NCBI GenBank assembly: GCA_048213135.1
Contig: PS015252.1
Location: 113,754-133,753, forward strand
Source: Reclinomonas americana ATCC 50394
Lineage: Eukaryota
DNA length: 20,000 bases
Direction of reading: 5' to 3'
Each line of letters starts with the position of its first letter. Within the stretch, counting starts at the first letter, position 1. The notes under the pieces were generated by a model, which was given only the letters and a program-made list of their open reading frames with translations, was not told where the DNA came from and searched no databases. Positions 1-16,764 of this stretch are shown here, one piece after another. Made by a program: the position numbers and the translations under genes.

Positions 1-2919
1 TAGGGCCAGCTGAGCGGCGGACTCGCGTGGTGCCAGTGTCTGAGCAGCAGCCGTGAGAGCTTCGAAGAAGCGCGTGACAGACGAGACATCTCGGCGGTGA
101 AGTTGCCACTGCACACGAGCGCGAGATGTCAGAGTGAGTGACAGCGCAAGCTACAGTCGACTGCACAGCACTACAAACCAGCATAGCGTAGCGCCGATGT
201 GGGACTCCATCGAAAGCGACGGTTGACGGCACAACTTGCACGATCTGTCCCGAGAAGCCGCATCGGTATTCGGCAATGGCGTCGGGATTGGTGACATCGA
301 TCTGACACACAATCGTCTCGCCGTTCGCCTGTTCTCAGCGTTGAGTGTCGATGAAGGATGCAACGCGCACTGGCCTGTAAAAGCAACTCGCCATCGCCTC
401 GATGATGAGGTGCGTCGGTGCAAGGTATCGGTCCTGTCCGTCCACACCAGGTGCAGTCTGCAACAACTGCAGCAGCTCTTGTCCACGGGCGTCGTCTTCC
501 ACCAGCTCGAATATCGGAATACCGTCCTCGTTGTACGCGACTGGTTGCTTGGAGTATGCGTACTTTACAGAGAGTAGCAGACCGATCTGCGAGGTACTCA
601 TAAGCCACCGACAGGCTCAGTCAACAAGCAGCACCCACGCACCTCAAACATGGTGACCTGTCGATTCCGTGGATCCGTCGGCTGCGTAGAGAGAGTCAGT
701 GCATGGATAGCAACGACGGCAAGGTATATCGCAGGTAGCTCAACGATATGAACGCTGTGAGTCTTGAGGAAGGCAGCGATGCGAACGGTGACCATCGTGC
801 CAATAAGGCGTGGAAACACGCTGACACGACAAATGGTGTCGAGCTTGAGGCTGGCGCGCACGACGTCACTGGCGTATCGGTAGCACGTTGCCGTCAAGGC
901 ACTGCGAGCGTACAACTCTTCAGCACTATCGGAGTCCAACTCGGGAAGATCAAACTCGAAGAGTCGAATGATGTCGCGCCACTGCCAATGCAAAGAGCAG
1001 CAGCGCCGTGTGACTATACAGTCTAACGGGAGGGGCAGGAAGAGGTGCATACACACCGCATTGAGTGATCGGTTCTCCACAAGATCCAGTTTGCACGAAC
1101 GGTGCGGACGACGACCCGGTGGCGATAGCAGCTGCTGACACAAAGCAACGCGTTGCTCTTCGGCATCTTCCATCGCAGGAGGCTGTCGCTCGCGAACAAG
1201 GTCGGTGAGGCAGCTATCGAGTTCATCACGTTGCTCGGCAGTCCACTCTGTCTTCGATGCTCGCATGCACAGCCATAAGTCCTTTAGCATCTCCACAAAT
1301 TCCTCCGGCCCAACGTGGTCGATGACTTCAGCGAAGCGGCGGTGGGAATCCTCTTCCACGTCCGACGAGGAGTCTCGGGCGCAGACACGGTGCAGCTGCT
1401 CCAAAAACTCGTCGCCGTTGACGTCCACCGGCCCTTCACTTGTCTCCAGCTCCAGCCCATACTCTTCGAGCCACTACACAAGAACAAGATGGTGAACACA
1501 GAGGAAGGAGTGTGCAGAGCGTAATTGTAAACACCGACCTTCACCACCAATGTGTGGTCAGTCTCGCTGAGTCTGTGCGCGCATTGGAGGTTCAGCAGAG
1601 GGAAGGAGGGAGAAGTGAGGAGAAGCGAGGAGATGGAGAGAGAGAGAGAATGTGTGTGTGAGAGAGAGAGACCAAACACGCATTACCTGCGGGCGGGCGG
1701 CAGGATGGAGACGAAGAAGCGCAGACCATCACGCAGTCGCGGAACGTCGACCACGTCGGCATTCAGCTCCGCGACCGCGTTGGGAGACAAGCCAGCTGGA
1801 GCTGCCGATCGCTCGATGCAGCGAAAGAGCGGCGAGAACTCCGGGCGGCGATAGTGTCGTTGGAAAGAGGGCGAGAGTGATTCGAGTCGGAAGTCGCCCA
1901 CGTTCTGGCAAGAGAGAAGGAGAGTGAGCGCGAAAGAGAGAGGGAGAGGGAGAGAAAGAGACGCGGAAGACGAATGATGATGTGATGCAATCAAGTGACT
2001 GACATGACAAGCATAGCAGGGAGGATCGCAAGAGAACAAACAGGGATGCATGTGTGTGCGTGTGTGTGCATGTGTGTGTGTGTGTGAGTGTGTGTGTGAC
2101 AGAGAGAATGTCATCTCGCACATCGTACTCGTAATTCTCCAGCTCACGGAGCATGGCGACGACGTACGCGAGGTCCGATCGCGCCAAGCGTGAATCGAGG
2201 AGCCGGACGAAGCGCACTGCGCGGCGACCGGCGCCCATGTCGTATTGCTGTGACACGAGGAGCACACATCATTCGTCAGCAATGCCAAAGAAGAAGTCGG
2301 TTCTCGTCGCTGGCTGCAATGGATTGAACAAACCCGTCGAATGTCATCTTGCATAGGCACCTCGAACCCGGCGGTTCGCTGCATGCAGCATGACCAAGCG
2401 TGAGACAGGTGGTAGTTGACGATTACTCACTTGACAGCAACGCGCATACGAACCACTTCATCGCAGAGTTGCTCCACTCTGCATTTCCATGCATGAAACG
2501 TTAACGGGACACCCAGATGCACTTGTTCAGTGATCGGCATGCAACGAGCAGAGAGGGAGAGCGCGGTGGGTGGTCTGGCGAGAGCGTGAACGCAACGTCA
2601 TGTCGGCTGTGTCAACAGAAGCGCGCGCCCTGACTCTTGGGGTGCTGCCTGGGAGATGTCCGCCACCCTGCAGCTGTGAAGCTCGCGATCGAGCGCGTTC
2701 CACATTTATACGCGGAATTGTTGGTGAGGTTTGCTGCGCTGCTGCAGCACTAGATAGTGGTGCTGGAACCACAGCGAACTCAGTTGGCGACAATCCGGTG
2801 TCATGCACTGCAGTCACGACCAGCGGCGCCGGCGGTTCCGGTGCCGAAACCCTGTATCTCTTCAGTCGCTCTTCACGAATCTGCTGGCTGTTTCTTGCGT
2901 CAACATGAGCACTGCCCAT
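1..2919 (-). CDS. Multi-exon hypothetical protein, 3' end beyond the window; possible degenerate OTU-like segment near the visible C-terminal part
   Basis: ATG at 2919 in context gcaaccATGg. In-phase GT-AG joins link exons ~2247-2122, 1904-1687, ~1572-1539, 1473-643 (probably containing an in-frame intron 982-1056), 586-371, 301-179 and 108-1. Most of these introns are 56-70 nt. Splicing between ~2250 and 2640 could not be resolved, so linkage of the first exon is tentative. Confidence 0.7.
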
Positions 2920-3169
2920 GGTTGCGCACTCGCTGCGCTCTCCCGTGTGCAGAAGAAAAAATCAGTGATGGAGACGCCACAAGTTGTCAGACCGACAAGA
3001 AAAAGGCGGACGCGACATGCGACGATGCATTTGACAATTTTCTTGACCGCGTCGTCTCGCGTGGCACAGGCACTCTTCGAGTCGCGGGTGCCGGACATTA
3101 GTGAATCCAGCCACACGCACACTGTTTGCTGCTGTCCAGCCCTGCAACTGGCACGAGTCGTCGACCACA

Positions 3170-5209
3170 ATGGACGAGCCACACGCGGTAGCGGCGGCGC
3201 GCAGCATGCTGTCAGTGCCGCCTCGCCCAAACCCACCTTCTGGATCCAGTGGTGTGTGTATGTGTATGTGAATGTGTGTATACTGTGTGCGGGAGAGAGA
3301 GAAAGCGTGCGTGTCCAGTCGTGTCCACGCCACTGACGACGATAATGACGACGATGAGCAGCAGGCATGAATGCTTCGCAGGCTGGCGGGGGCTATCGAG
3401 CGCGGACAGACGTCTTTGGTGCAACTCCTAGCGGACAGCAGGTGCCTGGAGCACGTCCTTCGCCTCCTGCTGCGACGACTCCCAGTTGGCAGCAGCTGCC
3501 TGGAGCACGCCCCTCGCCTCCAGCTGCCACCACAACCAGTGCACGACCGCCGATGCCGACAGCATGGGTCCCAGGCAGCATCCCCCTCTACAACGCACAA
3601 GGTGCCTTCATTGGATACGAAGCGCCACCGCCACCGCCACCACCGCCACCGCGCCCACCGAGTCCACCACCCGCTCCACAGCAGCAGCAGCAGCAGCAGC
3701 AGCCGTTCTTGCCTGTGTACCAAACAACACCAACGCCTCATGGTGGCGCAACATCCGCGGCCGCGCAGCAGCTGCCATCGTCAGCAGCTGCACCGCAGCC
3801 AGTTGTGGTACCACCACGACCAACCCAAGCACAGCATTCATCGCCAGATGTCCCTCCTCGAGCAGCAAGCACAAGACCGCCTCCACCACCGCCACCACCA
3901 GTGGTACAACGAGCAGCCCCTGCACCGGTCGTCGCCAGCAATGCAACGCTACCTCCACCACCGCAACGAGCACAGCCGATAAGGGTAGCGGCGGCGCCGA
4001 GTGCCGTCTCTTCACAGGCAAGTTATTCTTCAGAGCAAAACTGGCGCTTCTTCGAGTACTCATCACCAACTTTGCAGGTGCCTCAACCGCAATCAGCGGC
4101 TGCCCCACAAGCACCGCCACTACCACCACCCGAGCCACTGGAGAGCTTGATCCGGTTCGACTCCTCGCTGACGTGCCAAGTGTGCTCGGACACCGGCCTT
4201 GAGATGTGCTATGCGCTGCCGTGTAGCCACGGAATCTGCAAGGACTGGTCAGTGTGTGGCGGTCCTTCTTAAGATCTTGGTATTACGTGCACGTATGGAA
4301 GGCGCTGATCGTGATGAATTCAGTCTGCTGGAGACTGTGCGCAGTCACGTGACCAGTCGAACTGAGCCGCTGACATGCATGCAAACGGGATGCCGGCAAG
4401 GTACTGGTTGCCCTATCACTTTGCGTTCATGAATTCAACAATCAGTGGTTGTTTACCTCAACATGCGCCTTCATAGTAGACATTCCTGTTGACATTATCT
4501 GCGACGCGTGCTCGACTGAACCGGAACAGTTTGTCTTGTACGAAAACATGCTAAACGAGTACTTTATAAGGAGTGCAGCTCGCACGCGACAGTGTCCTGG
4601 TGTAAGTGCCCCGTTACCACCTGTCACCGCAATCGCAACGTTCTGAGAGACGATGTTTCTCGTTTCCGCTCTATGTGTTAGTGTGGCATGTGGTGTGAGC
4701 TGGTGAGGGTTCGCAACGGCCGCACTGACTATGACATGAGGTGCACGTGTGGAGCACATTTCTGTTTCCGGTGTTGTTCTCCATGGAGCAACGGCGGGTG
4801 CTCAAACGCAAGCTGCGTGACGCCAAGTCAGATTCTTCTCGCCGCCCCGATGATCGTGAGTTGTGGTGGATCTTGATCAAGCAGCGTGATGCTTGTGCAA
4901 CTCACTGGTCTACGCGCAGACAATCCCACCCAATCCCGAGCAACTGCCGAAAATGCGGGCATGTCCTCGCTGCTTCTCCATACAAGGTAAGCGAAGATCT
5001 GGTGCATCGTGTTCTCGATTGCCGTCGGAATATCCTGCGCTAACACTTTCACAGAACACGACAAGGGTTGCAAGCACATGAGATGCCACTCGTGTCGCAC
5101 CGAGTACTGCATGCGATGTCTCGCGGTGAAAGGACCCTCTGGATGGCCATGCGGTTCGTTCAACCACCCGTGCCCAGTTGCCCCTGTTCAAAATGTACCA
5201 GATGCGTGA
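3170..5209 (+). CDS. RBR (RING1-IBR-RING2) E3 ubiquitin ligase with a long Pro/Gln/Ala-rich N-terminus
   Basis: Exons 3170(or 3206)-3251, 3362/3365-4247, 4324-4400, 4477/4480-4601, 4682-4855, 4920-4986, 5055-5209, all GT-AG and in phase. RING1: CQVC..LPCSHGICKDC..CMQTGC. IBR: CPGC..CTCGAHFCFRC. RING2: CPRC..GCKHMRCHSC..YCMRC, with the catalytic Cys in GCKHM. The first exon is less certain; the ATG at 3367 is an alternative start. Confidence 0.92.
3424..3531 (+). repeat. Coding tandem duplication, 2 x 54 bp (TPS[G/W]QQ[V/L]PGARPSPPAAT)
   Basis: Units are 3424-3477 and 3478-3531. Seven codons differ synonymously and two non-synonymously in the RBR frame. Confidence 0.9.
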
Positions 5210-5288
5210 TGGGTAATAATGTCAGTGAATGACTCCAAAGAAATCGTCACTGCTGTGCATATGCAAAACAGCAAAACACCATACACTG

Positions 5289-7486
5289 TCAACCGTGCCC
5301 ATCTCCGTCTCTTCTCCCTCTTCTTCTTCTCTCCGCTCCCCCATCACCGTCACCACCACCATCACCACCATCATCGACATCATCACCGTCGCTGGGTGGC
5401 GGCGGCGAGGGTTTCGACTTGGTCGGTGACCCGTCGACTTTCAGCTCCTTGTGATCCTGAATGAACGAGACGCGGCGCACGCGGAAACTGCCACTGCCCG
5501 TCACAGAGCCCGGAGCGCGCACATTATTGGCACTGCCGCTGCGACTCCGCCGCAGACCCGAGTCCAGCGAGCGGAACGCCGCGTCATGTGGCGAGTCCGC
5601 AGCAGCTGCTGCTGCTGATGCCGTACCGCCTCCATTCGCTGGTGGCGATCGGGAGCGAGTGGCCATGGCCGACGGCGGCAGCGCACTGACCGGCATCTGG
5701 AACTGCACAGAGGACGGGTCGCCCTGAATGCTTGTGGCCGCCGTCGAGGCGACGGCGGCACCACCACCACCGCCGCCGCCGCGCAGGTCAGGTGCGGATC
5801 CATAGTGTCCGTGACCCGAGGAGCGCATAAGAGGAGCGCGGTCGCCAGCTGCAGTGGGAGAAAAGGGTGAGGGAAAGGGGGAGAGGGAGGAAAGGGTGAG
5901 GGTGACGAGGAAAAGCGTCATCGCGAAGAGGGCAACAGGGAGGTGCCATTGGGAAGAGGGTGCGGCGACAGGCTACAGAGTGGGCGACGAATGGAAGCAT
6001 AATCAGAGAAAGGGGATCATTGTTGAAGACTGAGAAGGGGCATGAGAAGGCAACGGGTGGATACATCGTCGGATAAGAGAGGGCGATTGCCAAACGCACA
6101 GAGAGCAAGACAAACAAACACCAATAGACAGACTAATAGACAAATAGACGACCAAGGAATATGAGGACGAAGAAAACGAAGCTGGAAAGCGACGATGGTG
6201 TGATTGACGACGATAGAAAGAGAGACCGCAATGTTGTGACGTTTACAGTAGCACAGAAGGGAGAGAATGTGTGACGACCAGGCTAAAGAAACGAGCTACC
6301 GTTGTGGAAGCGGAAGCGAAGCGACAAGACGAGGTAATGTCTGTGCAAAAAGAAAAAAGGAAACAAAAGCACGGCATGGCTGCGACAGAGTGAGCAGACA
6401 CGTAGAAGGCCACTGAGATGAGGGCGTTGTGACGAAGACCGGGCAGCAGTTGATGTAACAATGAACGCAAGAGTACGACCGCTTCTCACCCCAATACCCC
6501 TTTTCGGTTTCTATTCCTTTCTTCTTCCCTCTCCCCCTCCCTCCCTCTCTCCCATCCCTCCTCTCCCCCCNNNNNNNNNNNNNNNNNNNNNNNNNNNNNN
6601 NNNNNNNNNNNNNNNNNNNNNNNNNNNNNNNNNNNNNNNNNNNNNNNNNNNNNNNNNNNNNNNNNNNNNNNNNNNNNNNNNNNNNNNNNNNNNNNNNNNN
6701 NNNNNNNNNNNNNNNNNNNNNNNNNNNNNNNNNNNNNNNNNNNNNNNNNNNNNNNNNNNNNNNNNNNNNNNNNNNNNNNNNNNNNNNNNNNNNNNNNNNN
6801 NNNNNNNNNNNNNNNNNNNNNNNTCCACAGTACCACGCACATGGGAATGCACAGCAGCGGCAACAGCAGGATCATAAAGCAGAACCAGTACACAATCGTC
6901 CAGCACACGTTCCCGTCGTCGCACCCAGGCGGACTGCATGAGAGAGAAAGTCAGTCACATGTCTCTCTCTCACTCTGTCTCTCACTCTTTCTCTCTCACA
7001 CACTCTTTCTCTCTCTCTCTCTCTCACGCACACACTCACTCACACACACACACACACTCACTCTCCCTCTCTCTCTCGCTCACTCTGTCTCTCTGTCGCA
7101 TAATGTTCGCACGCACGTTGAGCTTAGGATCTGTGTGGCGAATCGACTGGAGATGGAGGTCAGCTCGTCCAAGTAGCCAAGGTACTCCTCCTCACTTAGT
7201 CTCTGCACACAGAGAGACATAGACATGCATGTGTGAGAATTCTCCGATGAGTGACTTTTTTTCCCGCGCACGCTCTCTTGCACACACGCACACGTGTGTG
7301 CGTGTGCGTGTCTCTCTCTCCCTGTGTGAGTGCGCGCGCAACAAACTGCTTGAGAGTGGGTGGGATCTCTCGTGACCAGCCTTGCACGGGTGGCACTCCT
7401 GCGGCCAGGCGATCGGCCAACACTGGTGCCACCACTATCGTGTGTCTGGTGTGATTGGGAAGCACCCACAGGCCTTCACCAATCAT
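5289..7486 (-). CDS. Putative Erf4/GOLGA7-like membrane-associated protein with a Cys-flanked hydrophobic segment and a disordered C-terminal tail
   Basis: Exons 7486-7343, 7202-7117, 6933-~6841, probably further coding sequence in gap 6571-6823, and last exon 5848-5289. The spliced peptide GWSREIPPTLKQFRLSEEEYLGYLDELTSI..CWTIVYWFCFMILLLPLLCIP resembles the Erf4-family 'P..L...is.eef...i..i' motif followed by a hydrophobic stretch. Family call is by eye only. Confidence 0.55.
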
Positions 7487-7532
7487 TGCGAGAAAGAGAG
7501 AGACACAGCGTGTGTGTCATGTGTCCCGATAT

Positions 7533-10500
7533 TTACACTGTGAGTGACAAGCCGAAGCTGCGGGCGAGTGCGGGAGCGGAGACGGACATGCTGCGCGCGA
7601 GTGAGTGGATGGCGTGGTCGACGGCGCCTTGCCAGAGAGCGGCGAGGTCTTCTTTGGCCAGCAGGCAGGGCTGGAAGGGCGGACGTGGTGCCACGGGAAT
7701 GCGGGTTCGGTCGCTGCGTGAGGGCGCGCGAGGTGAGTCTGCGTGCGGAGAGGGGGCGCTGGGGAGTGGCTTGCAGACCGCAGGATGAAAGAGACGCGGA
7801 GACCCGAGGCGGCGGCCCTGGCGGCCTCGGCTTCACGCAGTTCCTGTATGTGCGCGTGTGTTCGGAATTGAGCGTTTGTATGAGGTGGGGAAGAGGGGAG
7901 CTTCCCGCACCTGCAGCTTGCGGTGGTACTCGCGCAGAGCCACGATGTAGTTGTACTGTGCCTCGGCCCATGTTCTCCGATGCGCGACTTGCCGTTCGCG
8001 GATGAGTGCGTCGGCCATGGGGAATTCACTGTACGCTGGTGAGAGAGAAAACCGTGCTGGGCGACTGCGCACACACCACGCAACTGCTCGAGAAAGGGAA
8101 CCAGCGGCGTAANNNNNNNNNNNNNNNNNNNNGAGGAGGAGGAGAAGAAGAAGAAGAAGAAGGACGAGCGTGAGGAGAAGGAGGTGGAGGAAAAGGAAAA
8201 GGAGGAGGTGGCGATGGTGAAAAAGGAGATGGGGGGCGGTGATTATGGTGGTGGAGGGAGAGGAGGGAGAGGAAACAGAGGAGGAGGCGAAAAAAGAAGA
8301 AGAACAGCAGCAGCAACTACAACAAAAACAACAACAACAAGAAAAGCAAAAAACAACAAGAAGAACGAAAGTGGTGGAGAAGGATGGAGAAAAGAAAGAA
8401 GCAGAGAAGAAAAGAAGAGGAGGAGGGGGAGGAGGAGAACAGCAACAATAATAACAGCAGCGCCCAGACAAAAGGAACCAGGAGGGGGAAGAGGAGAAGG
8501 AGGAGGAAAGAAAGAAAAGGCTGAGAGGGCGCAAAGTATTGGTGATCGACGAAACTTAGAGAGGCCACGTGGTGCGTTTCTTCGCGAATGTGTCGTTGGA
8601 GGTGCTCCTTGACGAGGTGGTCGCGCAGTACATCGCAGGCGAAGCGTTTTCTCCGAATGCGGCGACCCACCGACATGCACAGAATGTACCTTTGAGAGAA
8701 ACGGTCAGTGCCGAATCGAGACAGAGATGTTGGCTTTTTTCCGAACCTCCTGAGGGTGAGCGCCAGCCGACGCACTCGTGAGTACTTGCGCAGGCGTATA
8801 ATGGGGACAAAGAGGCGCTGCAAGGTGGTGGCAGCCTCTGTTCGCATGCGCTGCCGGCGCGTCTCCTTCAGGACGGAGACCAGCGTCTGCATGCGACCGC
8901 ACTGCGCCGACAAGAACAGCCACTGCATGATCCATTGGTGACCGAGCTCGACGGTCTTCGCACGCTTCTTGCGCATCTTGGCGGCCACCTTGAGAGGGAG
9001 AAGGGAGTCAGAGAAGTAAAGAGAGACAGAGGAAGGTGGTGACGAAACGCACCCGTTTCTCTTCGGCGAGATCCTGAATAACGGCGACGGTGCGCTCCCA
9101 CTTGCCCAGGTTGTGCCGGTAGCGCTCCTCGGCGATGTCGTGGGCGCGCTGCAAGGTGTTGGGGACCTTGGCCAGCTGGCGCTCCACCTGCCCGGAGAGG
9201 AGAGAAGGGGAAGGAGAAGAGGGAGGAGAAGAAGGAAGTGAGGGAGGGGAGAAGGACAGGAAAGGCGAGAGGAGGAGAAGATGAAGAGATGAGATGAGCA
9301 CGTGGAGCGAGAGGGAAAAACTTGGGTGGGGGAAATGACGGACATGACAGACGAGTCGGCTAAGTGGAAAGAGAGTGCGTTGTGAATGAAAGCGGGAAGA
9401 TAGATATCCAAAGAAGAGAAGAGAGAGAGGAAACCGAGTGCAATGAATAGCCTGTTTCCCGCTGTTCTTCATCACGTCTGAAGGAAGAGAACAAGGAAAA
9501 ACTAGAGGGCGAATGCCGTTTCCGTACTGCCGCCTTCTTCTATCTCCCTCTTCGCTGCTGCATGCATCACCCTCGTCCCGTCCTCGTTTGTCTCTGTTGT
9601 CTACTCCTCCACTTCTTCCTTTCCGTTCTCGGTTTCGCTTGCTGTTCGTCTCTTTTCCTCTCCAAAATATCCTCCTCCTCCTCTTCTTTGTTCTGTGCTC
9701 CTCAACTTCATCCTTTCCATTCTCGGTTTCTTCTCCTTCGCTCTGCTATTATCTCCTTTCCCCTCTATTCCTCTCCAAATCACACCTTCTCCTCTTCTTT
9801 GATCTGCTCCTCCGTTTCTTCCTTTCCGCTCTCGGTTTCATCTCGCTTGCAGTTCTGTTCTCCATTCGTCTTACTCCTCTCCGCATCACCCTCCTCTCGT
9901 GCTCTGCTTTCCATCCCTTTCCTCTCTCCCTTCCCCTCCGCCCCTTGCCCCTTCTCCCCCACACTCACCGTCTCCTTTTTCTGCTGCACCCACTGCTCGG
10001 GATTGGCGTTCTTCATCTGCTGCCGATTGCGTCGAATGATGTGCACACCGGCGTGATTGGACTGCTCCAGAGCTCGTCGCTCGGCCAGGTACACATCTAC
10101 GCGGGCGTGTGAGGGAACACGAAGAATTCTCTCACGACGAAGCAATCGCCACCGCACCTGTGCGCTCAAACAGACCGCGTCGATTGGTGGGATTGGCGGA
10201 GAGGGAGCGCAGTTGCGCCTTCAGTCGCTTCTTGGCCTCCACCGCCGACGCACCGCGGCGGTCGGCGTCGTGGTGCGCCTCGCTCGGCTGGTACACTTTT
10301 CTCTCGACGGCGCTCGGCGACGTGGAGCCGGGCGCCATGTTGCCACTCGACGGTGGTCTCTGATGGCCCGGACTGCGCGTGGGCGACAGCACGAGGTTGT
10401 TGGAGGGCGGGTGGCCGGCCAGCACGCTCCGCGACTCCTCTGCACGTGAGACACGCAGGGAATGAGTGAGGGATGAGTGTGCGGCTGGTTTCTTGTCGCG

Positions 10501-11312
10501 CACACACCGAGCATGGTCGTGCACATGGCTGTGAAATCGTCGGCCGCAGAACCGCGGCGACGGTGGTGTTGGAGGTGATGGTGGCTGGGGCTGTGGTGGA
10601 GGTGACCACCACCACCACTCACACGCAACGAATGAACACTGTTGCGTCGTCGATCGCGATCGGCGAAGCTGCTGTTGGCCGGGCTGGCCACCGGATCCGC
10701 ATTCTCGGTCAGCAAATCATTCATCCACTCTGCGTCCTCGTTCACACGCTGACTGAGGCCGCTGACGCCTCGCGTCTGATCAAGCACATCGCGCCACAAA
10801 AACTTGCGCCCCTCCCCACCCAAATCCACCATGCTCGCATCGATCCGCGACACACGATGACCGAAATACGCCGGCGCCGCCGACAGCGGACGCTTCTTCT
10901 TCGTCGCCTCCGCCTCTCCACGCACACCCGCCTCCGCACGCGCAGTCGCACGCGCCGTCACATCCGGCGTGAACCCCAAACTCACTCGCTGCGTCGTCGC
11001 AGACGACTGCGGCACCGGCAACGGGTACTTGATCGCCGGTGGCGGCGGCCGACGAAACAGCTCCTCCGGACGCTCATCCACCGGCGACACCGATCGCCTC
11101 TGCTGCGTTGGTGAACTGGCCACCGCCACTGCCGCATGCCGAAACAAGCCCGCCGACGACGATCGTCGCCTCCGCAAATGTAGCCGTTTCACCTCTTCAT
11201 CATCGGCATCGTCGACGAGAAAGCTACTTGCGGCAGTGGTGTTCACGGATCGAGAGGAGGCAGCGGCAGTAACGACAGATCGCCCCGACACTGGGCGTTG
11301 CGCGCGTGACAT
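7533..11312 (-). CDS. Hypothetical basic helical protein with an IQ-like calmodulin-binding motif and a disordered N-terminus
   Basis: Exons 11312-10508, 10439-10158, 10096-9969, 9187-9053, 8988-8747, 8689-~8560, then gap 8113-8132, then ~8036-7912, ~7842-7778, ~7714-7533 (TAA). Joins are in-phase GT-AG except across the gap. IQ-like motif: EAATTLQRLFVPIIRLRKY. Confidence 0.72.
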
Positions 11313-11397
11313 CCACCCGAGGTATGTAACGCCTAAAAAGCGCGCGCGCGTAAGGGCCAATTACAAGCGCAGCGAGCATTGTGATTGTGTTCAGCAA
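11313..11397. promoter_or_regulatory. Putative minimal bidirectional promoter between head-to-head start codons
   Basis: 85 nt separate the minus-strand ATG (11312) from the plus-strand ATG (11398). The interval contains an alternating CG run (11340-11350) and CCAAT (11357-11361). Function is inferred from position only. Confidence 0.45.

Positions 11398-16764
<5,367 letters not shown>

Noticed and set aside
335..337. In-frame TGA between two coding segments, suggesting readthrough or recoding
   Set aside because: It lies inside a typical 69-nt GT-AG intron (302-370). No alternative genetic code is needed anywhere in the window.
2968..3370. Small upstream ORF (METPQVV...FWIQC|RVHATDDDNDDDEQQA*) whose TGA overlaps the ATG at 3367 as ATGA, suggesting translational coupling
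   Set aside because: A simpler model fits: intron 3252-3361/3364 with a CTGAC branch point joins a Pro-rich first exon (ATG 3170/3206) in frame to the RBR. It cannot be fully excluded without cDNA.
7080..7469. ORF-track protein starting MGASQS, which looks myristoylated
   Set aside because: The start codon is GTG, not ATG. The frame from the ATG at 7486 gives the Erf4-like motif.
8133..8530. Low-complexity ORFs (poly-E/K/Q, poly-L/S/F, ERERER, SLSLSL) here and across the GA/CT tracts
   Set aside because: They are translations of intronic simple repeats with no recognisable coding signal.
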